NCBI RefSeq assembly: GCF_036971445.1
Contig: NC_091480.1
Span: 29,636,001-29,700,000, forward strand
DNA length: 64,000 nucleotides
Direction: 5' to 3'
Source of the DNA: Narcine bancroftii
Taxonomy: Eukaryota
In this document: positions 25,111-37,685 of the stretch, piece after piece
How positions within the stretch are numbered: position 1 is the first letter of the stretch
Layout of the letters: every line of letters starts with the position of its first letter
Position numbers and translations under genes: made by a program
The notes under the pieces: generated by a model
Told to the model about the DNA's origin: nothing
What the model saw: the letters and a program-made list of their open reading frames with translations, nothing else
The model's database searches: none

Positions 25111-25215
25111 GGGATCTGATGTTTATGGTTTATTTACCATTTGAATTTGGATTTGCTCCAGGCCAAGACATATCAACAAAGATGAGACTGAATGTTTTAA
25201 TGACTCAATACTTAC

Positions 25216-25330
25216 GAAATTGCACTAAGATGATATGAAACATCAAGCTTCAGTGATGGATCAATGCTCCAGGTACATGTTATGTAATCTTTGTAATCAG
25301 TAACACAGACTAGACTGTCACAAATTGTAG
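25216..25330 (-). CDS. IL21R: IL21R-like coding exon 2 (D1a: TICDSLVCVTDYKDYITCTWSIDPSLKLDVSYHLSAIS)
   Basis: Acceptor tctctttcaag, donor gtaagt; 115 nt, phase 1 to 2; C-x4-C-x-TDY-x5-C pattern like human IL21R CPDLVCYTDYLQTVIC. Absent from the ORF track. Confidence 0.85.
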
Positions 25331-25949
25331 CTTGAAAGAGATAAACAGAAGTTATTAGTGGATTTTAATTCCCATTTCCCTTCTGAATAAATTGACGCAT
25401 ACAGCTTCCTCCCTCAGCCCCTACCACAAATACGCTGCATGACACTGCTATGCATAAGATGGTTTTGCTTCATTTGCTGCACAAAAAAAGGTGCACGTTG
25501 ACCAACAACAGATACCAACAGCCCTTGCATCTCCACTGAGTTACCGATCAACTCACACTCAGTAACCAGAGCTCACCATGCAAGTAAAGCACAAGGAGTT
25601 AAAGGATTAAAATCGTTGGAAAGTAATTAACCTGTTTGAAGAGACGTGAACTATAATGATTCACCAGTTGCTAGGCTCATATGTTAATACTGCAAAAACA
25701 TCTTTCCCATAAGTACAGAATAATTCACAATTATTACTGTTCATGTCGCTCCTGATCCCATGTATAATTCTCTCATCACTCTCAACTGTGCATGTGATTT
25801 CTTTTAGTACAACAATATCAGGCCATTCTACCCATTACACCTGAGGTGGATCACTGAAAGAGAAATTCAATTAACCCCATTCATTTTCCACCTCCCTAAA
25901 TAGCTAACCTCTGAAAATGCCTACACTGATCAGAAACTCAGCTGGACTA

Positions 25950-26485
25950 TCCACAGAAATACTGTGGCTGTAGATGCTGCAAGAGCAGATCAGATCAAAG
26001 GCGAGGTGTTCCACAGCTCCAGCTCCACTCAAAAAGCTTGAGATCACCAAGAACAAAGTAGCTACTGGATTGGCACTCCAAAAATGACCTAAATATTTGT
26101 TCCCTCTCCCATCAGTGCACAAGAGCTGCCATGTGTACCATCCACTAAATACACTGAAGCTACTCACCCAGAAATCCCTGACAAAAATCCCACACCCCTG
26201 AATTCTACCTGCAAGAAGGTCGAGGGCTGCAGGACCAAGGGAAACAAACACCCCCAGCTCGAGGATCCACTCTAAGTTGCTCACCATCCTAGCTTGGAGA
26301 TATAAAACCAGATCTTCATTGTTGATGGGTCTGAATCTTGGAACTCCCTCTCCAACAGCACTGTGGAAGTGCCTTCACGAGGAGTATGGCAGCAGTTCAA
26401 GAAGGTGGTTCAAGGGCATTTAAGGGATAGGTAATAAATGTGGATCCTGCTAGGGACACCCAGATGCATAAAAATGAATTAAATG
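25950..26485 (+). mobile_element. Old CR1/L2-type LINE 3' remnant
   Basis: Decayed ORF2 end (...WNSL...) and gggataggtaataaatg tail. Confidence 0.45.
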
Positions 26486-26699
26486 AACATTTAGGAGTTA
26501 ATTGAAGCTGGAATCTTGTTGAGGGATGCTGTTTTGTGAATTCGTGCATAGAACAACAGATAAAGGATAAAATAGCCTTGCAAATTCTGACTGTTTCATA
26601 CAGATCGGTAGCCTCAGGGAACATTATATCCACATTGCCCAGATTGTCTGTGTTATTGTTGATTGAATGAAGAGCTTAGAATGCAGTGTAAACAAGGTT

Positions 26700-27390
26700 A
26701 TTTTTATTATAAGAATATAAAAAGATAAGAAAAAAGGAGCAGGAGGAGGTTCTTGGCCTGTACTCATTGGAATTTAGAAGAATGGGTGGCAGGGAATCTC
26801 ATTGAAACATTTCAAATGTTGAAAGGTATGGACAAGAGTAGATGTAGGAAGGATGTTTCCCATGGTGGGAGAGTCCAGGATAAGAGGACACAAGGGTGTC
26901 TGCTTAGAGCAGAGATGTGTAGGAATTTCATCAGCTAGAGGGTGGTACATCTGAGGAAATTGTTGCCATGAGCCGTTGTCAGACTGTTGGGTGTACTTAT
27001 GGGAGAGGTAGACAGGTTCTTGATCAGCCAGGACAGTGGGGCTGAGTGTGAAAATGGATCAGCTCATGATTAAATGTCAAGGCAGACTCGACAAGCTGAA
27101 TAGCCTATTTTTGTTCCTATGGTCTTATCTGGCCCATTGAGCCTGTTCTGCAATTCAACAAGTTCATGGCTGATTAGGGTGTGGGCTCACTTTCACTAAC
27201 CTGCCTGTTTCCCTCGATCCTTAATTTCTCATTTAAAGAAAATCTATCTGTGTCTTCAATGCACTTGATGAGGCAGGCTCCGCTGCTACACTGGGCAAGG
27301 AATTCCACAGATTCACTGGGAACATCTGTTTTAAGTTTACTCCCCTGAAACTTGAGGCCATGTCCTTGTTGTAGTCTCACTTGCCAGCAG
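26700..27390. mobile_element. Nested CR1 3' fragments (+ copy ~26755-27130 within a - copy)
   Basis: GNLIETFQMLKG motif and CR1 3' UTRs in opposite orientations. Confidence 0.65.
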
Positions 27391-27764
27391 AAATCTCCCT
27401 GATTCTCGATTATTATAGTGAAGCTCTACCTTTTGTTTTGAAGAATTTGGGTGGACGTGACCTTGCTATTTTACAGAATGAGGAAACATTAATTTATTCA
27501 CCAAAGAGAACAAGCAGTCAGAGTCTAAATATCAGAGTGACTCAGCTTTCATTTAACACTATCCTGTGTGTTGCCTTTCAGGCCCTATCTGCATTATCAA
27601 TTTCACAGTAGTTTTTTCATTGCACACTCCCACACACACTTTTGAGATACAAGAGGTACCATGAATGCACATGACTGTCTCACAGACATCTCCTCACACC
27701 GCCCCCACCACTGATAGCAGGGCAGAATCTGAACCAACAGAACATGTCATAAGTTTGAACTTAC

Positions 27765-27834
27765 TGCATGGTGCTTGTCCACATAGAAGAAGCAGAAGAA
27801 CTGTGTGCAGTGGAAATTTCCAGAGAAGCATCAT
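27765..27834 (-). CDS. IL21R: IL21R-like cytokine receptor, coding exon 1 (signal peptide MMLLWKFPLHTVLLLLLCGQAPC)
   Basis: ATG at 27834; hydrophobic leader; acceptor ttcctccccag before 27846; donor A|gtaagt at 27764; 70 nt, ends phase 1 and joins the next exon in frame. Confidence 0.8.
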
Positions 27835-29909
27835 TGTGGAAATTTGCTGGGGAGGAAAAGAACCATGTTTAATATCAGGGTCACTTGTTTAGTTACTGAA
27901 CTAAACATGCATGCATATGATACGACACAGAAAACGTGTTGAAACAAAGTACAAAGAGGAAGTGGAGTTTGGAAAAAGAGAGGGGACAGTTGAGGGAAGA
28001 GTATTCAGGAAGGTACTGAGGAAGCACAGGCAAGGCAGTTGGGAAAGAGGAGATGATGCGAAACTGTGCTTCCACACATTAATACAATTACAGCAATTTA
28101 AGTTCATACAGTCATACTATTATCATATCCAAGGCATACGTGTTGCAAACAAAAAACTGACATGGGCTCATGAGGCTATTGTCAGAGCAGGTGACCAATA
28201 ACTTGATCCAAGAAATTGGCTTTGAAGAGCATTTTGAATGACAAAAGGGATGCAAGATTTAGGGTACAATTGCAGAGGTTAAGGCCTTGGTAGTTAAAAG
28301 TATGAATGCCCATGGGGGTATCATCTACTTTTAGAGATGCTCGAAGTGAAAGGTAAACAGAGATCTTGGAGCGCAAAAGAGACAAGGAGGATCTAGCCCA
28401 GAAGGAATTAGAAAACTATGGTGAGAAATTTAAAACTGAATCACTGCATTACTCAGGAATCCATAAAGGTTGATGGGTAATGATGGCTTTGTATTAGGGC
28501 ACTACTGAAAGGGTTTTAGATCACCTGATATCCATAGAGGCTTGTGTGAAGGTAACCAGTTCAAGTGTGGTGGAGCAGTTGTGTCCAGTGGGGCCAATGT
28601 CATGTGTGGAGCAGTGAGCTGACGGAAGTGATATTACAGAGGTAGAACCTGGTGGCCCACGTTGTCCATATAACCATATACAGCATAGAACAGGCCAGTT
28701 TGGGCCTACTAGTCCATGCTGGAACAAATCCCCACCCTCCTAGTCCCACTGACCAGCACCTGGTCCATACCCCTCCAATCCTCTCCCCTCCATGTAATTA
28801 TCCAGTCTTTCCTTAAACGTTGGTCCAACTTGTTGCAGGTTTGTGCCCCAAAGCTCAACCCTGAGGCCAAGCCTACATCTGTCACACAGCAAAACCATGA
28901 GGGAGTTGGTGTGCAGATCAAGGAGTCAATAACAAGGATGGAAAATAATAACTATGGTTTTCCCAACGTTGGAGAAAATACCTGCTCAGTAGAGAGCCAC
29001 GAACAGGCAGAAGCTTGGGTGTGGGTTGAGAGAAGCAGTGAGGAGACTGACTGGGTGTCAGTGATCTGCACATGGAAACTAATTCACCTGATCTTGGTGT
29101 CTTCACATGAAGATGTAGGCAGCAGTCTGTAAATGAGAAACAAGGATGGGGCAAAAATCATTTGGGGTTGAAAGAAGGACAGCAGATGTTTTTGGAACCA
29201 GAACTGCAGACAAAGCTAGCTGTGTGTCTCCGACAGCTCTGGATGGACAACAATGGAAAGGAAAGGGGTCCATGAGACATAGAAGAGCTGCACCCACACA
29301 TTGTGGAATGGAAATTTCATTCTAAGCTATCTCATATTCGACTTCTTTAATTATCTTGGCCAGGGTACAGGGGACAGACTGCCCTCTTCTACAACTTAAC
29401 ACTCCACTCCCCCCCCCCCAAAAAAAAATGAACAACTGCCTATGCCAGAGATGGCCACTCGCATGAACACGAGAGAGAAAACACACGATCGGGGGAGACG
29501 ATCCTGGCTGGAATGGTTCGGCTAACATCCCAACATTACTCGTGATAGAGAAGGGGGGGGGGGGGGTGATGATAATCCCGGGCACAATCCAGTGAGGAGA
29601 GCTGCTGTCCCGCCACAAAACTTCCGCGATTATGATCCTATTTTTTCACATTCCCCACTTCGGTTCATTCACACGATCAGGCCAGAAAACGCATGGATGG
29701 ACAAGTCTCCCAGGTTCCACTGACGCCAGTTCGAGTCCCGGGCACTGGCTCCCTGCCACCCACAGGACCAAAGCGGTACAGATGCCGGCGGCGGGATCAA
29801 AGGCCTATTGACAGAGAGTCGGCAGCGGCGGGCGGTCTGGAGCGTAATGTTTGTTGTGGTCAAGGCGATGGGTAGAAGCCAAGCCACATCCTCTTTGGGT
29901 TAGTCCGGC

Positions 29910-30567
29910 CCTTGCCCTCCCTCCCTCCATCCTTCCTCACCCCCTCCCTCACTCCCTTTCTCCATCCCTCCCTCCCCCTCTCACTCCTTCCCTCCCTTTC
30001 TCCATCCCTCTCACTTCTTCCCACACTCACTCTCTCTCTCTCCCCTCACTCACTCTCTCTTTCTCTCCCCTCACTCACTCCGTCCCTCCCTCCCCTCTCA
30101 CTCCTTCCCTCCCTTTCTCCATCCCTCTCACTCCTTCCCACACTCACTCTCTCTTTCTCTCCCCTCACTCACTCACTCCGTCCCTCCCTCTCCCTCTCAC
30201 TCCTTCCCTCTCTTTCTCCATCCCTCTCACTTCTTCCCACACTCACTCTCTCTCTCTCCCCTCACTCACTCTCTCTCTCTCCCCTCACTCACTCTCTCTC
30301 TCTCCCCTCACTCACTCACTCCGTCCCTCCCTCCCCCTCACTCCTTCCCTCCCTTTCTCCATCCCTCTCACTTCTTCCCACACTCACTCTCTCTCTCCCC
30401 TCACTCACTCACTCCGTCCCTCCCTCCCCTCTCACTCCTTCCCTCCCTTTCTCCATCCCTCTCACTCCTTCCCACACTCACTCTCTCTCTCCCCCCCTCA
30501 CTCACTCACTCCGCTCCACTCACCCTTTTCCTCCCTCCCTATCTCCTTCATACCCCCCCCCCCCCCC
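29910..30567. repeat. Polypyrimidine/polypurine tandem repeat
   Basis: Almost only C/T with A interruptions; higher-order unit ctcactccttccctccctttctccatcc recurs. Confidence 0.9.
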
Positions 30568-30573
30568 ACTCAC

Positions 30574-30800
30574 CTGTTCCCTGCAGCCCCACCTCACAGC
30601 CGCCGCCCCAGCTTGCCGACAGACTGGGGGCAACGCCACAGATCACGGCGCGGTTCGCCGGAGGCAGCCGTGCTTCGCCGCTCACGGTGAATGGCCATAC
30701 CATCCGGGGGACGGGACGGGACGGGACCGTCCGATCGCCGCAGGGACAGCGCTGAACTTTTCAGGTTACACGTTCCGGGCTCAAGGAAACACACACGACC
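30574..30800 (-). other. Probable non-coding exon 1 (5' UTR) of the IL21R-like gene; 5' boundary approximate
   Basis: Perfect CAG|GTGAGT donor (intron starts 30573) in CpG-rich DNA, 2.7 kb upstream of the acceptor at 27846. Confidence 0.55.
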
Positions 30801-31140
30801 TTCAGATTCAAGTGCCAAAGAGCATTGACGTCACCTTGCCGGAGATTAAGAGCAGCCAGGATGTGGTTTCGGGTGAATTTTAAAAAAATCCTCGGGTGAA
30901 GCAGGGACTTTCATCCTCGGGGCAAAGGCACCGAACGTGGGGTGTAGGAACGGCTGCGCTCGCTGCACGCTGGCTGACGAGATCTTGCCTCCTGTCAAAC
31001 CCACGGAGGCGGGGTTCGAAAGCCTGGGGTCGCGGGGGCGGGGGAAGGTTTCGCGCTCAGGTACAGTCACAACCCGCCGCTCTCCATCCTGCAACCCGGT
31101 GAGCTCCAGGAACCCTAACTCTTAGGCGCTGACACGGTGT
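30580..31140. promoter_or_regulatory. CpG island / probable promoter
   Basis: CpG-dense relative to flanks; palindromic CRE TGACGTCA 30826-30833; kB-like GGGACTTTCA 30904-30913; GC boxes near 31006 and 31034. Confidence 0.6.
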
Positions 31141-31827
31141 AATGGGGTGGGGGGGATTTGTATTTGAAATCATCACAGAACGGGCCCTTCGGCCCAACTC
31201 ATCCATGCCGACCCAGTTGGCATCCGATTTGGTCCATGTCCTTGAACCCCCTTCTCTGTCCCCAACGTCTTTATATCTGCTTCCAGAGCTTAATCTGCCA
31301 GCACCCTGACTCTCTGCTGAGTGAACAAAAAGATGCCCATCCCCACCTCAAAACCCCCAAGAGATTTGTCAGCCAAAGATGTATTTTTTGGGTGTTCTCT
31401 TTTTCCGTCAGGAGCCCAGCACTTGGTGCCTGTCCTTTACTGCCTTTGAGAAAGACAGTGCTGGTGAGGACCCATCTTGGACACTTCGAGTCCTTCTGAT
31501 CAGGGTGTTTTGCAATTGCTGTTGGGCAGGAAGAAACAGATTCCAGGCCCAGTGAGAAAGAGAAAATTGCCTTGTATTTCTAAGTAGGGATGGAGTGTGA
31601 CTGCTGCAGGGGAACCTGCAGGTGGTGGTGTGCCAAATGCCTTTAGAATCATAGAGTTATACAACATAAAAAGAGGTCCTTTGGTCTAATCTCCATGCCA
31701 GCCAAGGTGCTTTCCTATTATTCCCACTTTTCTCCATTTAGTCTATATCCCTCTAAACCATCAATCTATCCAAATGTCTGTTGAACATTTTAATTGTACC
31801 CACCTTTACCACTTTGATCCATATATC

Positions 31828-32060
31828 AGGGCGTAGAGGTTAGCGCAACATTGTTACGGTCCCAGCATCTGGGACCTTGGTTCAAATCCCATGCAGTCTC
31901 TAAGGAGTTTGCATGTGTGGGTTTTCCCCAGGGCCTCCGGTTTCCTCCCACCATGTACCTGGGATGTAGGTCAATTGTGTATAATTGGGCGGCACGGGCT
32001 CGAGGGCCAATAGTGCCTGTAACCGTGCTGTATGTCTAAATTTAATTTTTTTTAATTTAC
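31828..32060 (+). mobile_element. V-SINE/HE1-like SINE
   Basis: ggcgtagaggttagc A box, ggttcaaatccc B box, gagtttgcatgt...ctccggtttcctccca V-domain. Confidence 0.75.
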
Positions 32061-33107
32061 CTCAGCAACCATAACCATCTCTTCTTGTGCAAAACATGAT
32101 GCCAACCAATGGACAGATTTCCTGTTTTGTATTAATGAGTTTTAATTGGGTTTCTCAACAGAGTGGTGCTTGTTGGAGCTCAATCCTCCACACCAGTTCG
32201 AGTACAGGATGGATATATTCCCAGAGACCTCTTAATGTATTTCATTAAATATATAAAATATTCTTTATGGGTTTAATTGTCCAACACCATTCACAAATAG
32301 ATGTGGCAGAACGACAAGCCTTCCATCTGAACTGCTGGTTGTAGGAGTGATTAGCATGGTCTGCTGCTTTGATTTCGATCCAGCATATCTTACCATGTCC
32401 CCAGCAAAAGAACATCAGAATCAGGCCATCCTGCCCATCGACCCTGTTCTGCCATTCAATGTGATCATGGGTGATCTGACGATAGGTTCATCTTCACTAA
32501 TCTGCCTTTTCCTCAAATCCCTTAATTCCCCTACTATGTAAAAATCGATCCAACCTTGTCTTAAATATATTTACTGAGGTAGCCTCAAAGGGCAATGAAT
32601 TCTACAGGTTCACCATCCTCTGGAAAAGCAGTTCCTCCTCATCTCTGTCCTAAATCTACCACCCTGAATCTTGAGCCTAGTTCTAGCTCCCCCACCAATA
32701 GAAATAATTTACCTACCTGCCATTTTCAACCTTTTCTTTTACTGTGCCCCTCCATGTTTATGGGTCCCCTTTCCTGTGAGACAGTCAAGTTTTGGTTTCT
32801 TCCATATTTCTCTCTTACTGACCACATTAAAAAAGCATTAAAATATTTATGTTACACGGGGGTGAAAAGAAAACAAGGCTTTTATTTAAATGTGCTGTGG
32901 CCCCAGGGAGAATGGCTGAAGCAGACAGTGTTCCTGACATGCTCTTCTACATTCTTATTGATCTATGCTCAGTCCCATACCTTGATTCTGATGACCGAGG
33001 AAGGGGTGCAGTGGTCGTGTGAGGTCACAGGTCATTGCAGAATGCAGATGCAATGAGGCTGAGGGTCTTCATGGATGGCTAGCTTTGAACTGCCAGAGAA
33101 GTCCCTT

Positions 33108-33432
33108 CTTTTTCTATCTTTTTATTAAACATATTATAATTAAACAATACATGAGAATAGAATACAGAATTGAATATTAAAAACAGAAACATCAATATAT
33201 TGCAATACACATTACAACGTATAAAATTATAACATATTGAACAACATTATCCCTTAAAGTACAAATGAACTCATACAAAAATAATTTGTAAAAGGACGCC
33301 AAGTCTCTTCAATCTTAACAGAGGTATCCAAAGGGCAACTCATAATTTTTTCTAAACTTAAACATAACACAACTTGAGAGAACCATTGCATCAAAGTAGA
33401 TGAATTAGGATCTATCCATTTAAATAGAATGG
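33108..33432 (-). mobile_element. L1-clade 3' fragment
   Basis: AILFKW...QW...LSLEKI...TWRPF ORF2 C-terminus with A-rich tail. Confidence 0.7.
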
Positions 33433-34971
33433 CTCCGATTAGTCCTGAATTAGCACGCTGGAGATACCTGTGTGAAGACTGCACAATGACTACTTTAGTG
33501 GAAGACAGAAAATTTTGGAAGCATTTGGCAGGTCAGGAAGCAGTAAGAGAGAGAAACAGATTTAATGTCTTGGTCCAAGGCCCCCCTTGAACCAGAAAAC
33601 TGAGAAACCAGTTTTATGTTGCAGGAAGGGGGAAGAAGTGAGTGGACGTCTGATATAGGCCGAAGTTGTCAAGGTAATAATTACTTCAAAAACTGGTAAA
33701 TGGAGATAGAAATTAAAATTGAAACAGAAAAGTGTAGTCACATCTGTAGAGAGAGAAAAGGTGTGGTTATCTGAAATGTTAAATTTAATATTCAGTCCCA
33801 CTGGCTGCAATATACATACAGACAAGATGAGGTGCTGCGTGTCTTTAAAGCAATGCAGAGAGTTTGTTGTGGAGAATGATATTAAGAATTAAAGGACAGG
33901 GGGCTGGAAGCTCTGGATGCCTCTGCAGACTGAATGGGCATTCTTCAAAGTAGTCACCCAATCAGAATTTGTTCTCCCCATTGCAGAGGAGATCATATGT
34001 GAGTGTAGGATGCAGTGCACAAAATACTATGTAATGAATGCTGTCAGGGACAGATACATCTCATACTGTCATTGTGTGTTGGAAGCCATCAAGTCCTCTC
34101 CAACCCTCTCTAGAATGTCCTGTCAGTCCCATTCCCTATTCTAACCCCATTGTCCAATTTCCTTTTAGAATTGTTATTCATGTCCATTTCTACCACCCTC
34201 CTTGACAATGAATTTCAGGTTGTGAATATTTGTGGAGGTGGATTGGGTACTGGTTTAATGAGCTGCATAGTCCTCTGTGGACATTGTTGGAGGAAATGTA
34301 ACTGTTTATTTGTGCATATGAGGTACCCATAAATTCCAACAGTTCTGGTGAAGTGATAACTTTTGGTCTAGACACAAGGAATAACTTCTCAGTTCTGCTT
34401 CAAATAATTGAAATGTTACTTATGTGTGTACTGGATGAACAGAGAAGAGCTCAGTTAACGTATCTTGTCAACGTCGACCGTGAAATATGGAGCTCTTACT
34501 ATTAGTTTCAGCCTTTGTAGTATGCGACCAGTGCCATGGAGTGGGGCCTAAACCCTCAACTGCATCAAAGGTGAGAGAGCTACAATAAACAAGCATCATA
34601 TTAGCTCTGCACTGAGCAATGGTGCAAGTTTTGCAAACTGTGCTGACATTGATAATAGAAGCATTGCTGGAAATGATTCATTGGCAGGCCAGAACACAAC
34701 CCTGTGCCCTGCAGCAACATCTTGTGGTTCTTTATTAAGTCTCTAGATGTAGTTGCCACTGGCAAGTGCATCCAAATTTTATTACCCACCTAATGTTGCC
34801 CCTTAAGAAGATGGACGCCAACAATTTTCATCAAAAGCTGTAGTGCACCTTGAGAAGGTTCACCCACAGCATCCAATGATTCTCAGTAGAATTGACTCAT
34901 TAAGCCATTGCAGAGAGGAGTCAAAAGCCTCAGATCTTACTGTGAGGCCAGAATCACACATTGGCTAACAG

Positions 34972-35610
34972 TTACAGATGGAAGGAATTACACTGGACAA
35001 TGACGATTTTGCTTCCTGAATACTTTGGGGTGTATTTTATGGATTGTGTACTGGTGATCACGAAAATCACCTTAAAGTTTTGCTATCATGAACTGTTTTT
35101 TAGATATAATCTAGTTTGTTATTTCCTGTCATTTTTAAATCTACTGGAACACAAAGCAAGCTGCAAGCTGTTTTGGTCAGTCCAAGAATGCCTTGGCTTG
35201 CACTCTGTGCAGGTGCTATGGAAGTGCTGTCTTAGGCCTGGGCCTGCTTAGTCAGGATAGATGCAGACAGGCTATAAAAGCAGCTCACAGATACAGATGA
35301 TGTGCATTACATTGATTATAGATCGAATGTGTATTCTTCAGGCATTAGCATATTGAGTATACTTAACAATAGCATTTATTCTCTTCAGCAGAAATATCTC
35401 ATCAATGTCCCAACAGTTGCAATGCATTCTGTTACATTTGTGGCAAGTATACACCATGCTAAATTCAATAAAAGTTAATTTAATGTTTCTCCAACTTCCT
35501 ATGTGATGCAGCAGATCTGAAATTATCTTTGTGTTCAGCTTGAAATTGCTTATCATAATCCCTAATATTTTTCAGGAAGCAAACCTTTTGAAAAAAAAAT
35601 TGTCCAGTGT
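34972..35610 (+). repeat. Unit A of a ~640-bp inverted duplication (TATA-containing)
   Basis: Aligns by eye to the reverse complement of 43954-44176 + 45702-46135; TATAAAAG at 35273. Confidence 0.85.
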
Positions 35611-37039
35611 TATTTTCACTCCTCACTACAGGCTTTTGAAAATAGCCTGAACCTAAATTTACAGAGAGAATGCACTGACCCAGCATTTCTTGAGTCAACT
35701 CAATTTAGTGGAAAAAGGAATGAGAATGCAAATCTTCCTGGATTTAAATTTAATAAGGAAGAAGCTAAGAACACCAATTCCTCCCAGTAATACAGACCAG
35801 GGAATGTGTTAAATACAGTGCCATCAGTTCTACTACTAGGCTACTGTGAATGCTTGCTGTTTGCCTGTAGGGCAATGGGGAGCAGGACAGGTGATTATTT
35901 GTTGTGCATCAGGCCACTTTGTGAAGGTTTATGAATTGCACCTAGACTAATTCTGCACGTAGACAGATAAAACAGCTTTTTACCAGTTTATTATAAATGT
36001 AAGGTGCTCATAGTTGCAGAACTCTTTTGATTGTGCACAACCACAGCAATACAAAAGAAAATAAACCCACACAAGTCTCAGAATTATGATTGAAAAGTCA
36101 GATGGAAAGATGTAATCAGAGCAGGGGAATACAGGATGAGGGAAGATTGTCAAACTGAGAAACAGTTAAAATGGTTCATCATCTGTAAATAGAACAGACT
36201 CTTTATCTCATCTTGTCCTATTATCTACACATTATGGGTTCATTTTGGCTTAAGTCACCTCCCAGCATCTCAATCACTGAATATTTCTCTCAACCATCAG
36301 ACATCACACGCAATGGATGCCTCTGTAATTTTCCCCTATGTTCATACACTACTTGTTTCCTTTACTGAGAAGCAGCAACCTCTGTAAAACTACGCCCCCT
36401 TCTACTTTTGAACACTCTTGCCATTTCTCTGGCTGAGATCAACTAACTCAAGTGCACAGGGCCAATAAAACCATGACCCATGTATCTGTCAAGAACATAA
36501 CAAAGGACATTGGACAAGAGCACAAGTCATCACCTTTAACTATTCCAGTCCTGCTAATTTCCCTGTTACTAAGATCTTCTCATTGTTGACCAAAAGCTGA
36601 ATGATCTACTCATGTCAAGATCTGGTTACAGTAAATCTGAATCTGGGCATTTTACAACAAGTGGTTCAACATCTGACCTTTCAAAAAATCTTCCCTACCT
36701 AACCCCTCCAATAAGAGGGAATGTGATGAAATAGTTTCCAATTACTTACCGTAGCTAGAAAATGGAAGAATCCTTGATATAACCCATTTGCTAACTAAGC
36801 AAAAATAAATAAAAGAATGCACTTTGTGAGGAAACTGCAAAGCAAAGACAAAACAATATGTTGGTTAATTAAGGTTAACAAAGGATATAGTTGGTTAAGT
36901 GAGCTGATAAGAATGTGAAAGATAGAAAATCTGAGGTTACCAAAATTTTTATTGCATATTTTACATTGTCATATATATTCTATATATGACAAGAAACGTC
37001 CACTTTAGTGGAAAGGAAAGAAAAGCAGAATATAGTTTC

Positions 37040-37685
37040 AACAGATTGAGAGCTCAGATGCAACTGTACAGAAGGATTGGTGTGCCCGCCAGCAGAACAC
37101 ACTGAAGGTTAGCAAGCAGGTGCAGAAAGTAAGTAGGAAGGCAAAGTGCCTGTTGGTCCTAATTACCAGAAGGATAAAGTGCCAGAGTGAGGAGTGGTGC
37201 TGGTATGAGGACTATTTCAGGTTCCTTCAGGAGGTATATGATTGTATTACAGACAGTTCAGAGAAGGTTTGGTTCCTGGATAAAGGGAATAAAAGGAAGG
37301 CTGAGAAGAGTTTAGAAGTGTGTGGGATGATAATTATTAAAATGTTTGTGGTTCTGACAGGTTTGACAGGGCAGATGATGAAAGGAAATTTCCCTCCGCG
37401 AGTTAGTGCTGAATTTAATTTAGGGGATTGCCAAGCTAAGACAGAGATTAAGAGCAATTTCTTCTCTCTGAGGAGTATGAATCTTTGGAATTCTCTACCC
37501 CAGAGAATTATGGAAGTGCAGTCATTTCCAACATTGAAAACGTTAGATTTTTGAAAGACCAGGGCTCAAAGTTTATGAGGATAAAGTGGGAAAAAGGAGC
37601 TGAGGACGTGGACAGATCGTATTGATTAGTGGAGCAGGCACAAGATAAATGCCATTCATTTTTTTCCTGACAACATTATGTTCAT
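37040..37685 (+). mobile_element. Old CR1 3' fragment
   Basis: QKVSRKAKCLL...FFSLRSMNLWNSLP. Confidence 0.65.

Noticed and set aside
25665-25855. Candidate D1a exon behind a good minus-strand acceptor
   Set aside because: In-frame stops; the exon at 25216-25330 fits both phase and motifs.
29851-30883. 279-aa and 323-aa Ser/Leu/Pro ORFs
   Set aside because: Artefacts of the C/T-rich repeat, which lacks stop codons.
35231-35270. Weak resemblance to the 5S rRNA internal region (gggcctg.ttagt)
   Set aside because: Too short; flanks do not continue the 5S sequence.
35290-35510. Metallothionein or crystallin gene after the MRE/MARE/TATA motifs
   Set aside because: No matching coding exon in either copy.
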